Shown here piece by piece: positions 28,230 through 42,660 of a DNA stretch of 64,000 nt. The translations under genes were made by a program, and so were the position numbers. The DNA is from Lama glama (Eukaryota): the NCBI GenBank assembly GCA_028534125.1, contig CM052816.1, forward strand, positions 27,592,001 through 27,656,000. The letters are read 5' to 3'. Below the pieces are notes generated by a model. That model was not told the origin of the DNA, ran no database searches, and saw only the letters and a list, made by a program, of their open reading frames with translations. Within the stretch, counting starts at the first letter, position 1, and each line of letters opens with the position of its first letter.

Positions 28230-29245
28230 ACTTCCATTTCTGTGTATGACAGGCTAAGGTACTAACAGATAATATGATTAAACCTTCCCTCAAAAACCAA
28301 AGCAAAACATAAAACCTGGACATACTACAAAAAGCCCTACTTGAAGGTAAAGTAGAGTAAATGGAAGAAGACAAGCTCTGATGGGAAGAGTCTAAGCACA
28401 CTGGGAGTAAAGATGGGAAGCTACACAAGTCACCATCTCTTCAGAGTGTAATCCAGACCTAACAGCAGTCGGCACAGTTCAGGAGCAGCGGTCACAGAAC
28501 ATATGGAAGAGTAAAGCCTGAGTACCTTATTCACTGAGAGAGCAGGGGAAACCCAGAAGGGAAAGGACCACACAATGGATCCCTAAACCTGAACAGCTCA
28601 TGCGAGGAACAGATTTCAAGTAGCTCACTAAAAGGCAAAAGATCTGAAACTGAAGCTACATGTGCTGTCCCAGAAACATCGTTAAAGCCTATTTCAAAAG
28701 TTAACTGATAAAACAACCACTCAACTTTTCACTGGAGAACAATGACCAAACTCAGAATCTCTTCTACTTGATCTTCATAATGTCCAGGGTACAATCCAAA
28801 ATACCCAGCAAATGAAGGACCAAAAAAAAAAAAAATTTTCCTTCTCCACAGGCAAAGATGGCTATTACCACTATCCTTGATGTTACAAAAAAATTCTTTT
28901 CAGTATATTAAAATCTTACCAGAGATATAAAAAAATTCCCAGCAGAGAAACAGAAACAATAAAAAAGTGTTAACTCATTCAGCCACAGATCATCAGTCAC
29001 TGGGTAAAAAGAACCCAAGATATTCACAACGTCTCAAAGTTATCATCTCACAGATTACTTAAATTCAAACAAACACAAATAAAAGATGAAGCTATCAAAA
29101 TCTGGCAGACAACATCTAAATCAAGTGACTAGAATGCACCATTATCAGTATAGGGACAAACATGGATGTGATACAATGTATTATTATATTGTAGCATTAT
29201 AAGTTTTCTATAGGCTTGAAATATTTTCCACAAAGTTGGAGGGAA
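28230..29245 (+). mobile_element. Old L1 fragments (5' region plus L1MC-like 3' piece)
   Basis: L1M 5'-like sequence, then cacagattactt...tctggcagacaacatctaaatcaagtga and gcttgaaatattttccacaaag. Confidence 0.55.
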
Positions 29246-30260
29246 ATACAAACAAAAGAAATAAAAAGCCAAAAAGCATACTATTACAAATCAGAGGCAA
29301 GAATTAAAACAGCTGTCCTGGGATCCACTCACTTCCTTTACCAAGAGGAAATTCAGGGAAAAGTAGGTGCTGCAGTTTAACCTACTTGTTAATATACTGA
29401 TAACTGGTAAATAGGCTAAAGGTTTTTTTGTTAGGAGGACAATGCCTAAACTGAAGAATGCTCTTAGCAGGATGGCCCCTGTTAAGGATGCTTATAGTAA
29501 ACAAACTCAGAATCTATGGCTTTATGAGGCATGGAATGTTGAAGAATATCATGTAAGCTACATAACCCTGGGGTACAGAATGGATAAGTTTCAAAATCTA
29601 AATTTTGAAACTGCTATTAGGTAATAACTAAACTTCTTCATGTAAAGAGCTCATCTACTCTGCACTAGCAAGCACATATCTGCTGCAGAAAGGAAGGACC
29701 TATGGAATCATGTAGAGTCCTAGACATCTAGCTTCATCTGTGCCTTCTGATTGCATCTATCTTTGAAATTATTAGTAAAGCTAGATTTCTAGTTAAGATC
29801 TCTAATTCAGTCTGATTTGATAATACGATTCTTTGGATGGGCTTATAAATAAAAGATGAAACTATCAAAAATAATTATAATCTTAGGTTAACAATCCTAT
29901 TCATACTATTACCTTAGTAGAGTAAGGGAATTAAATGTTAATTTGATACAAATAATCAACACTGCATACTTTCAGGATAAAAAAGGCATCTTTTACCCTA
30001 TGGAGAATTTCTTTTTAAGTATTTATAAGGGAAAAAAACCTTAAAACATAGTATGTGAAATTACAGAAAAATCTCAATAACTTTTTAAAAAGCATCTATA
30101 ACCTGAAAGACCTCAAAATTCTAATTAATATATGGATATATATGACAATAAACCTGCAACCAAGGCGTGAGTGCAGCCTAGAACACTTCTAAATATGTCC
30201 TTTGAAATAAGATTCTGCACACTTCACAGAGTTGCGGTGAAGTTCAAATGATATGATATA

Positions 30261-30473
30261 CAGTTGACCCTTACTAACATGGGTTTGAACTGTCTACTTA
30301 CAGAAAGATTTTTTTTCAATAGTAAATTGAAATTCAACCAAGGTTGGTTGAATATGGCGATGGGAAACTGCAGATATAGAGGGCCCATGGTAAGTTATAC
30401 CCTACTTATACCCAGATTTTTGTCTGCACAGAGGGTCAGCACTCCAACCTCCATGTTGTTCAAGGATCAACTG
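30261..30473. mobile_element. MER8-like (Tigger2 family) MITE
   Basis: Inverted ends cagttgaccctt / aaggatcaactg with TA on both sides. 213 bp. Confidence 0.85.
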
Positions 30474-31009
30474 TAGCTATTTATATTATTTTGATGACAG
30501 ACTATTTTACATGATTTTACACAGTACCTCTAAAGATCATAATCTACACCATTTTCCTATTTTGTGATCCACTGATGACAACCACTTAAAAACAGGCCAT
30601 GATGGAGCATGAGACAAGGCAATCCTAACAGATGATAAAGCTCAAAGGAAGCTCTTAATAAGAGTTGAACATGTGAAAATAGAAGAATGAAACAAAAAGT
30701 GAAAGAGTTTTAAAAGAGAGAAGTAAAGGCAGCAGGCAGAGCAAGATCTCACAGAAGATATATAAATTCTCACTGCATGGGAATATTCAGCATAAGGAAA
30801 AGTAATGGACTCAGAGAGGAGAAAGGGAAAAAAGAGGTACTGGTATATTTAGCTATGAGGAATTAAAGAATCTGAAAACTTGTTACATATCTCTGGGCCC
30901 TTCTTTCCTAGAGGGCAAGTATCAGGTTTATTAAATTATCTAATTCAATCTCTAGGAGAGTAAGAGTCTAGATATATTTGAGAAGTTAAAGTTTCATCTT
31001 AATGAAGTA

Positions 31010-31250
31010 GTACAGTGACATGGCTAACATCATCAGCTTTACAATTAGTTATTAAGCTCTAACTTAATATATGAGTTAACGCCTAACAACTATCTGACTT
31101 TGAACAAGCTGCTGAATGAACTTCTCTAACCCTCAGTTTCCTATTCTTTAAGATAGGGATAATAATGATATCTACCTCATGAGATAGTGAATATAAAACA
31201 CAAAACATAGTGCCTGGTGCATAGTAAATATCCAGTAAAAGCTAGTTATA
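31010..31250 (+). mobile_element. MIR SINE
   Basis: ctctaaccctcagtttcctatt...atagtgcctggtgcatagtaa. Confidence 0.7.
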
Positions 31251-33767
31251 TTTCCTTTACTGTTGAGAAAAAGATTTCTTGTACATTTTGATTAATTTCA
31301 CTGTATGCCTTAATTTTACTATCTCCTTCTCTAAATAATCTAGAGATCTGTAAAAGTCAATAAGCTACTTTAATTTCCAAAGAAAAAAGGAACTGTTTCA
31401 GAAACCAGTGTATATACTAGTATCAAAATTAAAAGTATGAATTTTATTAGAAAAGGCAGCAAAGATTTCATATTTATACATCACAGTCTATAAAACAGGA
31501 ACCTCTCATTTTATAGTGTCATAAAGATCAGGCCATTTTTTTTTCCTTGGTCAGGAAAAAAAACAAACTCCCATTTCTAAAAATGTCCCAAGTTTTTTTC
31601 TTAAAAAAGTCATCTTGCAACAAAATACCCTATTATCATAGAAAGCAAGTATAGGACAGTACGTCATGAACAAGACTATAAAAATGTAGTGGTATATGAA
31701 CCAAGAAAAAAATTCATCTGGAAAAATGAGTGTAAGAAGAGGTTTTTCTCCGAATTTAATTAAGACTGTGAGTTTTCTGTTCTGTGATTTTTTCTTTGAT
31801 ACTCCCATGAACATGATAAACACTCAAAATTAAAAATGACCTTTCAATTTTAAAAAATGCTTTAGGTATTTGCTTCTTTTAGAAAAGCACACTAATTTTG
31901 TAAAAGAAACATGAATGATGAAATCTGACATATAAAAAAAGCAAACATATAGATTTGCCCCTTTTTTTTCTGGTTTTTATATTTAGATTTAATCCACTTT
32001 CTCAACAGCATTACAAAAGGAGTTGAAGGCAGAATATCCAATCTAAACCAATTAAACACTGACATGAATTCAAGGAATATACATACTATTAATTTTATGA
32101 ATTCAAGGACTATCCAGGTTATGAATTTTAGCTTTCTGTGAGGCAACAATTCCATAGTGGTCTTATATAAACACAAGGAAAAATTAAAAAAAAAAAAACC
32201 AAACCAACAAACAAAAACTATGGTTATGATACAGCAATCTCGTAAACCTATGAACTCTAATTACCACTGAGTCTGATTTACAATTGCCGATGAGGTCTAA
32301 AGAATAACAGAAAGCAAGTTTCACATATAGATCAAATAGGACAACTTTTCTTTCTAATTAACTAAATTAAATTCATTATTGAGAGTCAGAGAAGGGAAGT
32401 AGTCTAAAGAGTAACACCTTTTGTTCTGAAACTCTTGATACACTACACATAGGTTTATTATATATAATACATCCTTTCCACAGTAAAGTAAAATCAGCAA
32501 TTACATAGTAGCCCAAAGCCTCTGAATAATTCAGGACTACAAAAATGACTCTTCAGAAGAAATTACAGGGAAAATTTAGGTAAGGAATGTAATTTAGTAA
32601 GGACCTTGGTTAAAAGAAGGTGAAAGACACAAAAGAATAAATCATAACTTCCTACCTTAGTGTTATCCAAAAAAAAAAAAACTCTAAAGATTTTATTTCT
32701 CACAGGAATTTCATGGGAAAAAAAAGGTATATGAAAAAGTCTAAATGGATGTGCAAGATAAAGTGATAATTTGGAGTCAAACAGTATTTTGAGTGGAAGA
32801 CTAGACAATAAGGGGATTAAAACTTTGATGTGTCAAATGGATTCCATGAAGTTTGCTGTCCCGTGAAAATAAAACAAGTAAAAACACCCCAAAAAACTCT
32901 CACACCAAAGAATCATGCCCTACATGTGTTTCTATTCAAATCAATTGTGAAAACTTTGTCTTGCCAGATATTTTATAATTCCCTCAAAACGAAAAATTGG
33001 TGAGAAGCCTTGATAATCTCAATCAACTAAAATATTGTTAGAGATTCTCTTGCTCTTTCATCTATCTCAAAACTTAGAAGTTCTACCGTAATGTAATAGT
33101 CAAACATACATGCAAAATGACCCTGCAATTAAGGTAATTGCTGGTACCAAATGTTGTTTTTAAGTTCTGCAATAAAACAGTCTCCCAGACATTTAATAGT
33201 ATGTCATTTGGTAAATGAAAGTTTCCACAAAGTAAGAACAGTGAGAAGACCTAAAAATTATGCTAGTGAAGAGTCTGGCTGAAAGAAACAAAAATACGGA
33301 TCATTTTGGTCCAATACTAATTTTATTTCAAGTTACTACAGAGCTGAATAAAATGCTGACACCACCACACAAAAATTTATTGAGTTGGCAATAGGCAAAG
33401 CATGATGTCAGCCACCAATATGACCATCCACATTACCAAAGAGCATGAACTTAACTTAGACTTAAAGTTACAGTAAAAATAAAAAGCTTAGGTATGAAGT
33501 ATTATTAAACATAGATGAGTTTAGTTTAGCATAGTTTTGACTCAAATTAGTCTAATACTTTAACAAATTCAGTAAAAAACATAGATAAATGCAAGCTTAA
33601 ACATATTACAACTTCCTAAATGAGCTACATGCTTTACCCAACAGACCTACACAAATAGCCTTAGTCAATTCACACTAATTTTCACATACGTAACACCACA
33701 CACATTTAAAAGGCAGGCTGACATGAGAGATGGAACACACACACATACAGTCCATACAAGTCCTTAC

Positions 33768-33840
33768 CTTCATGGCATGAATTTCTTCGAGCAATCGTTG
33801 TGCTCGTCTTTGGTTTTTTAATACTGCATCTTTGGTACCC
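33768..33840 (-). CDS. SRFBP1: SRFBP1 exon 3 (KGTKDAVLKNQRRAQRLLEEIHAMK), 73 nt
   Basis: Acceptor tattttgcag|G and donor AAG|gtaagg. Completes the split codon left by exon 2. Confidence 0.95.
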
Positions 33841-34911
33841 CTGCAAAATACACATTACAATATATAGTCAGAAAAAGCACTTATCTTAGATTCATATAAT
33901 GAAATCTCTCTATTTCTTTTAGAAAAACTGAATAAAGCTCTAAATAACACTGTTGCTCTGTCATCCTGCACTACTTTCTCCTGCCCTACCCAACACATAC
34001 CCCAATTCCATCAACAAATCCAAGTTTTTGGTAATAATAAGCACTGTCCAGGCATTATATTAATGACTATTCTCACTGATAGACACTTTGCCTTCTAATT
34101 CCTCAATGGGAAGGTTAAATAATACATTCCAATCAACTGATAAATAGCACATTGTATTTCATATAATGTAAGTTTCATAAGCTATAATTACATTTCATAA
34201 GCTATAAGGCTGGATATAATTTTATTAAATAAAAATTTGTCCTCTGGAATTAAAGGAATACATAAAGATGTTAAACGTATGATTGTATCAGAGAGGAGGG
34301 CTATCTTTTGAAACATTTACAAAAGAAAGAGCAAGAAATTAATCAGAAACAAAATAAATTTCAAGACTAAGTATTCATGCTTGAAGCATAAGAACTATAA
34401 CAGACTTTTTCTCTAATACCAGTGACATCAAAAATCAAAATATTTTTTCAAAAAATTAATGCAACATAATATTCTGATAAACATTTCCATAAGGTATTAA
34501 AGATTTCCAATTAATTAGCAATTCAAGAAATAAGATGATATAAAATCTTTACAACTGATTCAAGGTATCACTAGATTTGTTAAACTACATCAACATCTTA
34601 AAAAAAAATTTCTAATAACATAAAACATGTAAATAATCCCAAAGGACTTTCATTTTGAAAAAGCCAAAAGGAGAGTTTTGAAAAAAAGCAGAAGAATTCA
34701 TCATATATTTTAAGTGAATACAGGCCAAACTATGCAAGGACATGCTGACACAGCACACTTTACGTCACTCAGATCCTATCTACATATAAAACAAAGTGCT
34801 GTATGAATAATATATTTAATTATTTCTCTAGGTCTCCAATTTTGTAAATACTGAATAAAAACAACTTATGACATTTTATTAGTCATAGGACCATTACTTT
34901 AAATGACTAAC

Positions 34912-35000
34912 TTTTTTGACTTCAGTCTGTCAACACTCCTGACAAGTTTTCGGATAACCAAAACTCGGATTCTCTTCACTTCTTTTCTCATCTTCACAAC
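34912..35000 (-). CDS. SRFBP1: SRFBP1 exon 2 ([29 protein letters not shown]+), 89 nt
   Basis: Acceptor ttattcctcgaag|GTT and donor AAA|gttagt. In frame with exon 1 and matches recalled SRFBP1. Confidence 0.95.
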
Positions 35001-35515
35001 CTTCGAGGAATAAAGCCAAAATTAGAAAGACTATTAATTCAAGAAGAAACATACCTTATTTTGAGTATTATTATAGAATAAGTCAATCACTTTAACCAAA
35101 GTTTTGTTTAACTATATTCATAGTTTGATAAAATTAAACTTCTTTCATAAATAGTGAATAAGGAATAAATCAACATTATAGACATATCTGAAGACTTATG
35201 AGAAACAATTTATGATTAAAAAAAATCACAGCATTTCCAGTGGTTAGTATTTTAAATTACATTTATACCTTATTGGGCTTGGAACTTAATGAACTGGGCT
35301 CACTGAGTACAGAGACCATCATATTCATCTTTGAATCTTTGTGGTTTAAAACAAAGCTTCACCCATAATGGCAGGAATTTACTCAGTGAGGTATTAACAA
35401 AAGCAAATGTATAAAAGTCATTATATTTTATTTATTTATAGAAAAGCTTTTTCATTTATATTTAGTAATAAATTATTTCAACCAACCATAACTAGAAAAC
35501 ACAAGGGGGCCCATG

Positions 35516-35560
35516 TGCGCGCACACACACACGCACAAACACAAACACACACACACACAC
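35516..35560. repeat. (CA)n-type microsatellite
   Basis: Seen directly. Confidence 0.9.
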
Positions 35561-36059
35561 TTTAATTCATCCCGTTAGAGAACTATGCTGAATTCTAAGG
35601 ACAAAAAAAAAAAAAAAGAATTATTGGCCAAGAGATGGAAATATTCTAGCAATAAAGAACTACATGTTACAATAGTATTTAGTACAACGGGATGCTATCA
35701 TTCTGAGTTTATGTTTTTTCTATCATTGTTAGGAATCGTACATCTTGTAATTCCTTCTGTAATGTCCTTCATCCCTTTCTCCACTTTAGGAGCTACATAA
35801 AATTCAGTTCAGATATAATCTTTCCTGTGAAACCTTCAATGACTTCTTCAGTTAGATAACAATGCTATCCTTGGTGTTCCCACTACATTCGCAGTTAGCA
35901 CCCATCTCACTGTAGTGTCACGAACTGCTCCTGCGGCTATCTTTTTCTATAGTTTATGAGCTCCTGAAGGACAGGGGCCTTACAATATTTACATAGCATT
36001 TTCTGTGCCTTGCAAGAGTGCCTGGCACACACAACTCTTAAATTCTTCCTGCCAAAATA

Positions 36060-36727
36060 ACAATGTCAACATCATTCTGTTTTTCCAAGGCTCTTACAGT
36101 TAGCTGTTACTTCTCACCCTTCATTAATATCATTCACCCTCTTTATTCATTGAAGGTACAGGCAGCTAACTTACAATTTCTCTGCACCCTAAGTTTTGCC
36201 ATCATTCTGGATAAAGTAGATGTCCACTTGAATAATCCACCCAATATTATATCCTCACTTCTTGACTTCTACTTTTCTAATGACCTAATCTATTCCATCA
36301 CAGCCACCCACTTCCACGGTCACACTGTATTCCTTGTCATTGCTTATAACTATTCCATTGCTAAAACCATCAATTCAAATACTCTGCACTGAGATCACAG
36401 CTTCTTTCAGTTTGCTTGTTCAACTCCACCCATCACAACTGTCTTTGACTTCACTGGAACTACCAGTTCACTGACCTCTATACTTTCTCTCAAATGATTT
36501 GTCCTTTTCTTTTTAATTTTCCTGCTTTTATCCAGTTTAAGTACCTGAGCAACACTTGTCAATATCTTAAATTCCCCTATCCCTCTGGTTAGCAATCCTT
36601 CTATTTACTCCTGGATAAAAAGGACATTCTGAGTTCTTTATCACAGTATCCCAACAGTCTGGAAATACTTGAGACATTCTATCTACTAAATGTTCAAATG
36701 GGCCCTTACACTTCCTAGAAATCCTAT

Positions 36728-36768
<41 letters not shown>

Positions 36769-38550
36769 GCTTTTTTTGTCAATTCACTTTACAATGACTA
36801 TTATAAATTTGTGCCTGCTTTCCTAAAACATCTAACCTTTCTCTTCCTCTTTTACAATTTCATGGAGAAAATAAACATTAGATGGGAACCATCATTTTAG
36901 AAAAGTGAAAGTAAATTTACTTGCATCATCCATCCTCTTCTATCAATAAAGTTACAATTAAGAAATATCCCTAAACTTTTCTGAGGTTAATCTTTTAACT
37001 GTGTTTGGATCTCATCTTTTTCTGCCTTCCTAGAACCATTACTATATAGACTATCCCTTTACCCAGCATTGTCAATCTCTTAAATGGATGTTTCCCATTG
37101 ACTTTTAACCATGCTTAAGTCATTTTTATTACAGACAAGACAAACAAAACATCCTTACTACAAAGATCACCAGAACCCTCTCTTCAGCTCCCTCAAAGCC
37201 AGGCTTTTAGAGATGTTCAAACTCACTATCTCCATTTCTGCATGCCACACAATTCCATTTAATTTCCGATCCCATCAGTCCACTAAAAGCTGTCACAAAG
37301 GACACCAATGACTTTTAGAAGTCCCTAGATCCAATAGGAATTTTTTAGGCTTCGTTTTACTTTAAACCTCAGCAGCATGTGATACTGTTGATCACTTCCA
37401 CCTTCTTGAAATACTTTTCCCTTCATTTCTGTGACAGAATACTACTTTGGTTTTCCTCCTTCCTCTTTAGCCAATCTATCTTATTCTTCTTTGAAGGCTC
37501 ATCCACCTCTAATAGTCTTGAACTTCCAGAGTTCAAGGGGCAGTCCTAGGCCAGCTCTTCTTTTCAAGATATACTTTTTAGCCCTAAGTAATACAATTTG
37601 AGTGATAATTAGGAGATAAAACTGTCAGGACTTGGTAATAGATTCATTGTGAGGGATTTAGAAAAGAGAGCTACCTATAATGAGCCCTAGGTTTATACTT
37701 GAAAGGATTGTTCCCTTCCTTTAAATATGAAACACCAAAAAAAACAGCCAGTTGAGAGTGAAGAACATGAGTTCAAGTGTGAGTTGGAGGTGATTTTAAG
37801 CATATTTGAAATGTGACGTAGGTAGTTACACATTTAGATCTGGAGCTAAAGTAGAGATCTCAGCTGAAGGTAAAATTTTTTGAGTCATCTTTGTTTAGGT
37901 GGCTCATTATAGGTAGCTCTCTTTTCTAAATCCCTCACAATGAATTTATTACCAAGTCCTGACAGTTTTATCTCCTAATTATCACTCAAATTGTATTACT
38001 TTTTTTCTATCTTGACTTCCTAGCCCTGTTGGCTAAGTTATTGGTAACTGGTTTCTCAGCATCCATTCTTGTCTCTCTCCAAACAGTTATCTTACAACTC
38101 TCAATACACTCAGATCTGATGTAACACCATTACTTAACTCTCTTCAGTGGTTTCCAACTGCTCTTAGGATGGCCTCAAGGGCCATCTTTTAGGCCATCCT
38201 CACCATGCTTACAACTACCACCAAATCTTCATGTCTGCTGTTTTCTGATAGGCGTGCTCCTTCTCATCGTTAGCTTGTTAACATCTTTGATTTTGGATCA
38301 AATATCATTTCTCAGTAAAGTGTCTTTTTGGCCTCCATGAGAAGGTCGAAAAGTGCTTCTAGAACTTATTAGCTTCTAGACCCTTATTTTATGTTTAATA
38401 TTTTACTTTTAACCTGATTATGCTTAATGCGTCTTTCTCTGAGTAGGTTACAAATTCCATGAAGGTCAAATATCTGGTTTTACTCAACACTGAATCTTAA
38501 CACCTAACACAGCAGATAGCATACAGTAAGTGTTTGATAATAATACTCAT
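36060..38550. mobile_element. Cluster of L2 fragments in mixed orientation
   Basis: L2 ORF2-like pyrimidine-rich tracts (cctcagcagcatgtgatactgttgatcacttcc) and a purine-rich inverted piece near 37600-37900. Confidence 0.65.
36728..36768. repeat. (TG)n(TA)n compound microsatellite
   Basis: Seen directly. Confidence 0.9.
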
Positions 38551-40599
38551 TTGTTCATTCACTGTTTCAAGAGAGTAATACATTAAAGGAATGTAGAGTA
38601 ATCAGATTTCCACTAGATATGTTAACCTCTTTGGAATTTGTTTCAAAGTTAGACCTATTTAGGAAAAAAATCATACTTACATAAACAAAAAGCCACTTAG
38701 ACTAGGTTTAGGTGAAAAAAAGAAATGCTACATTTCATATACAGCATAAAAAGGGGTTATGATACATTTTTTGAAAGTTAAGTCTTTCATAAAATAAATT
38801 AATAGCAAGTGATAAATTATGCATTAAATATATTAACATAGGTTTCTAACTGCTATACACTGCAGGTGCACAAGATGATTATATACCATTTGCTAACCAC
38901 TGTTAACCAATCTTAACTAATAAATTGCAGTGGGCAGAGTTGGTCCTCGGTTACATTCCAATCATGGGAAAGCTAGACTCCAATTTTAAAATTCCAATTT
39001 AAGAAGTACTATGTTTGTCATTACTGCATAAGGGAATTCTAAAAGGAAAGAGAATGCTTCATGTACTTAGTCTCATGCCAATGCCAAAAAATGCTTTTCT
39101 AGCTTATTAACTCTCTCAGTATTTGATAAGTTTAGTATATTTTTTAAAAAGTATATTCATTTATGTAAAACTGGAATTATTCTTTTATTTTTCTCACACT
39201 GTCCACTCCAAGCACCTGGCTTACTCCAAGGATTTAAATTTATTTTTGCAAAACTGATGAACAGCTACCAACAGCCTTTAAGTTAGGACTTAAAAGGCTG
39301 CCAATTCATTTGTCACCCAGGTATTATGAAGTTGGTTCACAGATAACCCGTAAATCAACAAACAGGCCTGAAATACCCAATACTGTCAGAAGGCCAAGAT
39401 ACTACTTAAGGGCAATATGTCTTGGTGAATTCTCCAACCACAAGCAAATAGAACTGTCACTGTTAGGAATGTGAAAACGTATAATATTGTTTGCGAGGAA
39501 AAGAAGGAAAGAGAAATAAAATGAGCAAGGAGGAAACAGGTATAATGATGAAAATGCAATGTGCTGACACAGAAGAAACAAAATGAAAGAGAAGTGAAAG
39601 GGAAGAATTTAAAGTCACAAATTGAAGGACAAAAATCTGTAGGTCATTAATTACCAAGACTGGTAAGTCAAGCAGCAAAAGAATGCATTTAATAACCTAT
39701 AAGAACACAAAAAAAAGAGTTAAGACATATACACCCACATCCACACACAATACTTGCACTGAAAGTGAGGTGTCACCTAGAGCCTCGGCACAGATATGCC
39801 TTCAGATAACCTGGTTGAAACTGAACACAATAATGTAACCAGGCTCAACTCTTGGGTAGATGGCACAAAAATGCAGTCATAAATAAATTAAGCGAAAAAC
39901 TAATATACCTGCTTGGGAAAAGACCATGAGCATACAGGTAAGAGTCAGCATAAACACAGGAAAGGGAACTGCAACAAGCAAAAGCTGGCAATGTCCAACT
40001 CAAGAAAGAAAGATTTCACAGCTCAGAGACTTGGGAAATTCAGTTTGTACTAGAATAACTCAATTATAGAGACAGATGTATCATAGCACAACATTCAATC
40101 ATGCAACTAAAACCCTTCCTGTGGTTCTACATTTCAAGCAGCTGACAGAGACCACAGGGAAAGAATTTGTCTTACAACGTGGGCATTAGTAACTACATTA
40201 GATACATTCCTTAATCAACTGGCTTTCTCATTTATATAGTCTGTTTTAAGTCTGTGGTTGATATGATTTTGCTTTTGAGAGAGTACTTTTTTTGAGAATA
40301 TTTTTGCAGTGACAATGATAGCAAGTTTCAGATCTACAAAGCTAAGAGCAAACTTTGGTCCGGAGACAAAAGTAAATGTTACTTTGAAATAAGGCGTAGT
40401 TGGCTATCTGCTAGCCAGTCAACCAGCCAATCTTTTTTGGTAATGTACTAATTTTGCTATGCATTTGAATTAACCTATAACAAAAATTCATAGTTATTAG
40501 AAAATAATTATTCTAAGAGCTAGTTGATATCAGGAAGCTTACAGTACTAAGAGTTTTCTGAATATATCTCTGTTTCTTAGAATACATTAAAGTTTCTGC

Positions 40600-41270
40600 T
40601 TATTCATTACCCACCTATCAGGTTGACAAATAAAAAAATATGACAACACATTTTGCTTGTGAGGCGGTGAGGAAACTGGCACTCTCATACAGTGCTGATA
40701 AGAATGCAAACTGGTATATTCCTTCTAGAGGAAACTCTGGCAATACCTAACAAAAATCCTACTTCTAGGAATCTGTTCAGAAGACATACTTCCATCTATA
40801 GCAAAAGGCTATGCACACCACTATTTAATGAGGCATTTTTATAAAATGGTGCATAAGAGATAAAATACCATATATAAATAAGCCACGAACAATGTATATT
40901 TTAAATCAATGCAGGACAGCTGCACGTATTATGGATAAACCCTGAAAATAATGTTTGGTGAGAAAAGTAACTTTTAGAATGATACGTATAGTGTGATACT
41001 ACATTTATACAGTATGACATCACAAATGCAAAGTTTAAAAATATACAACACAATACGCTGGGTACAAATATGGGTATATATGTTACTAAAATTATATAAA
41101 AAAAATACATATGAGAAAATCCTGAATGAGTAATAATTACTTCTGAGGTGGAAGTGAAGGTGGGTGGAATTAAGGATTATGATATGCAAAATACTGACAT
41201 TTACTAAATACAGCAAATAGATGATAAGGACACTTGTGGTATCGTTTTCCATATGTTTGAATTATTTATT
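40600..41270 (+). mobile_element. L1ME-like 3' fragment
   Basis: ggcactctcatacagtgctgataagaatgcaaactgg; aatcctacttctaggaatc. Confidence 0.65.
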
Positions 41271-42129
41271 ATAGTTAACAATATTAATTATGGTTTTATT
41301 CAGAGGACTTCTAATTTGGCCTTTTGGATAACTTACAGTTGAATTATACATTTTATTCCTGATGAGTAACAATTTTAAAATGCTAGAGTGCTTTGTGATA
41401 ATCTACAACTTAATCTTTATTGAGCATATGCTGCCACCTAGCAAAACTTCCCAGGATAGTTTAACAACCAAACAAAATGGTTCTCTTCCTATGGCTGGAC
41501 TCTGACTTACTATTTCAGTAAGGGATTATTGAATACTTTATTAAAAAAATAGTAAAGGTAGAAACTTACATTACTTTCAGAAGAGTACATTTATTTTAAG
41601 GACTTAAGAGTCTGGAAGTGTTCTAAATGTCAGCCTTTATCCTTGGAAAATAACTAAAAAAATTTTGAATTAGGGCTGAAGACTGAAAGTTAGCAAAATA
41701 CAATAGTTGTGTCTGCAGGAAAGCTTTTATTTTCACAAAAGACATTTTGGGAAATTAAATGTATTGTAAATTAGGTGGCCACATAGCTTTTAAAAAGAAA
41801 AGGCTATAATTAAAAACTACAGAAAAAGAATTCCATTCAAATAAATCACAGATATGAATATCAATATCCCAAAGACATTACCAGAGATTTACAAATTTTT
41901 GCAAATGTGATAAAACCTACAGAATCTTTCCCCCTCTCCACAAAGACAGACATAAATACAACAAATTACACATAATTTTAGGCACTTACACGATCCCTGA
42001 AATACATTACTGAATCTCAGTTAAGGAGAGCTAATTTAAGTTATCAGGGATCATAAAAATGATGCCTCAAGTTACTTATTAATAGGTAAGTACTGTATAT
42101 ATGATGGTAAGCAAAAATTTACAGTCAGG

Positions 42130-42660
42130 TTGAGGGCCTCTCACATTCACATGCAAATACATTAAGCAAATCTTACAAATGCTAAAAAATATTAGTAAAT
42201 TAGTGCTACAGGAGCTTACAAAAGGAGTAAATGAAAGTTAAGAACAGTTTCCCTGAAAAAGTGACAAAGTAGAAGTATGACATGAACTAATGAGAGGAAA
42301 AGAAACTGTGGGTAAAAGGGACAGCACATGGAAAAGACCTGTAGACTGCTATGCAAGGTAGTGGAGGAAAGCAAATGCAGCTGAAGTACAGAGCCTGAGC
42401 AGGGGATGTGGGGAGTGGTAAAATAGAAAATGGAGAGATTGGCCTTGCTTAGACTGGTCTTTATCAAAAGCAACAAGAAGTCACCAAATAGGTTCTAAGC
42501 AAGGGAATCACATGATTAGATTTGTTTTAAAGAGAGCACTCCAGCAGCATTATGGCGATGAGATCAGAGGAAGAGAGTCAAAGTAGTTGGGAGGCTAGGA
42601 TGGTAGTTCTGCTGGGAGACAGAAACTGGACTAGGACAGAGGTGATGACAGAAACGTAAT
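42130..42660 (-). mobile_element. L2 fragment
   Basis: ttctaagcaagggaatcacatgattagatttgttttaaagagagcactcc. Confidence 0.6.
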
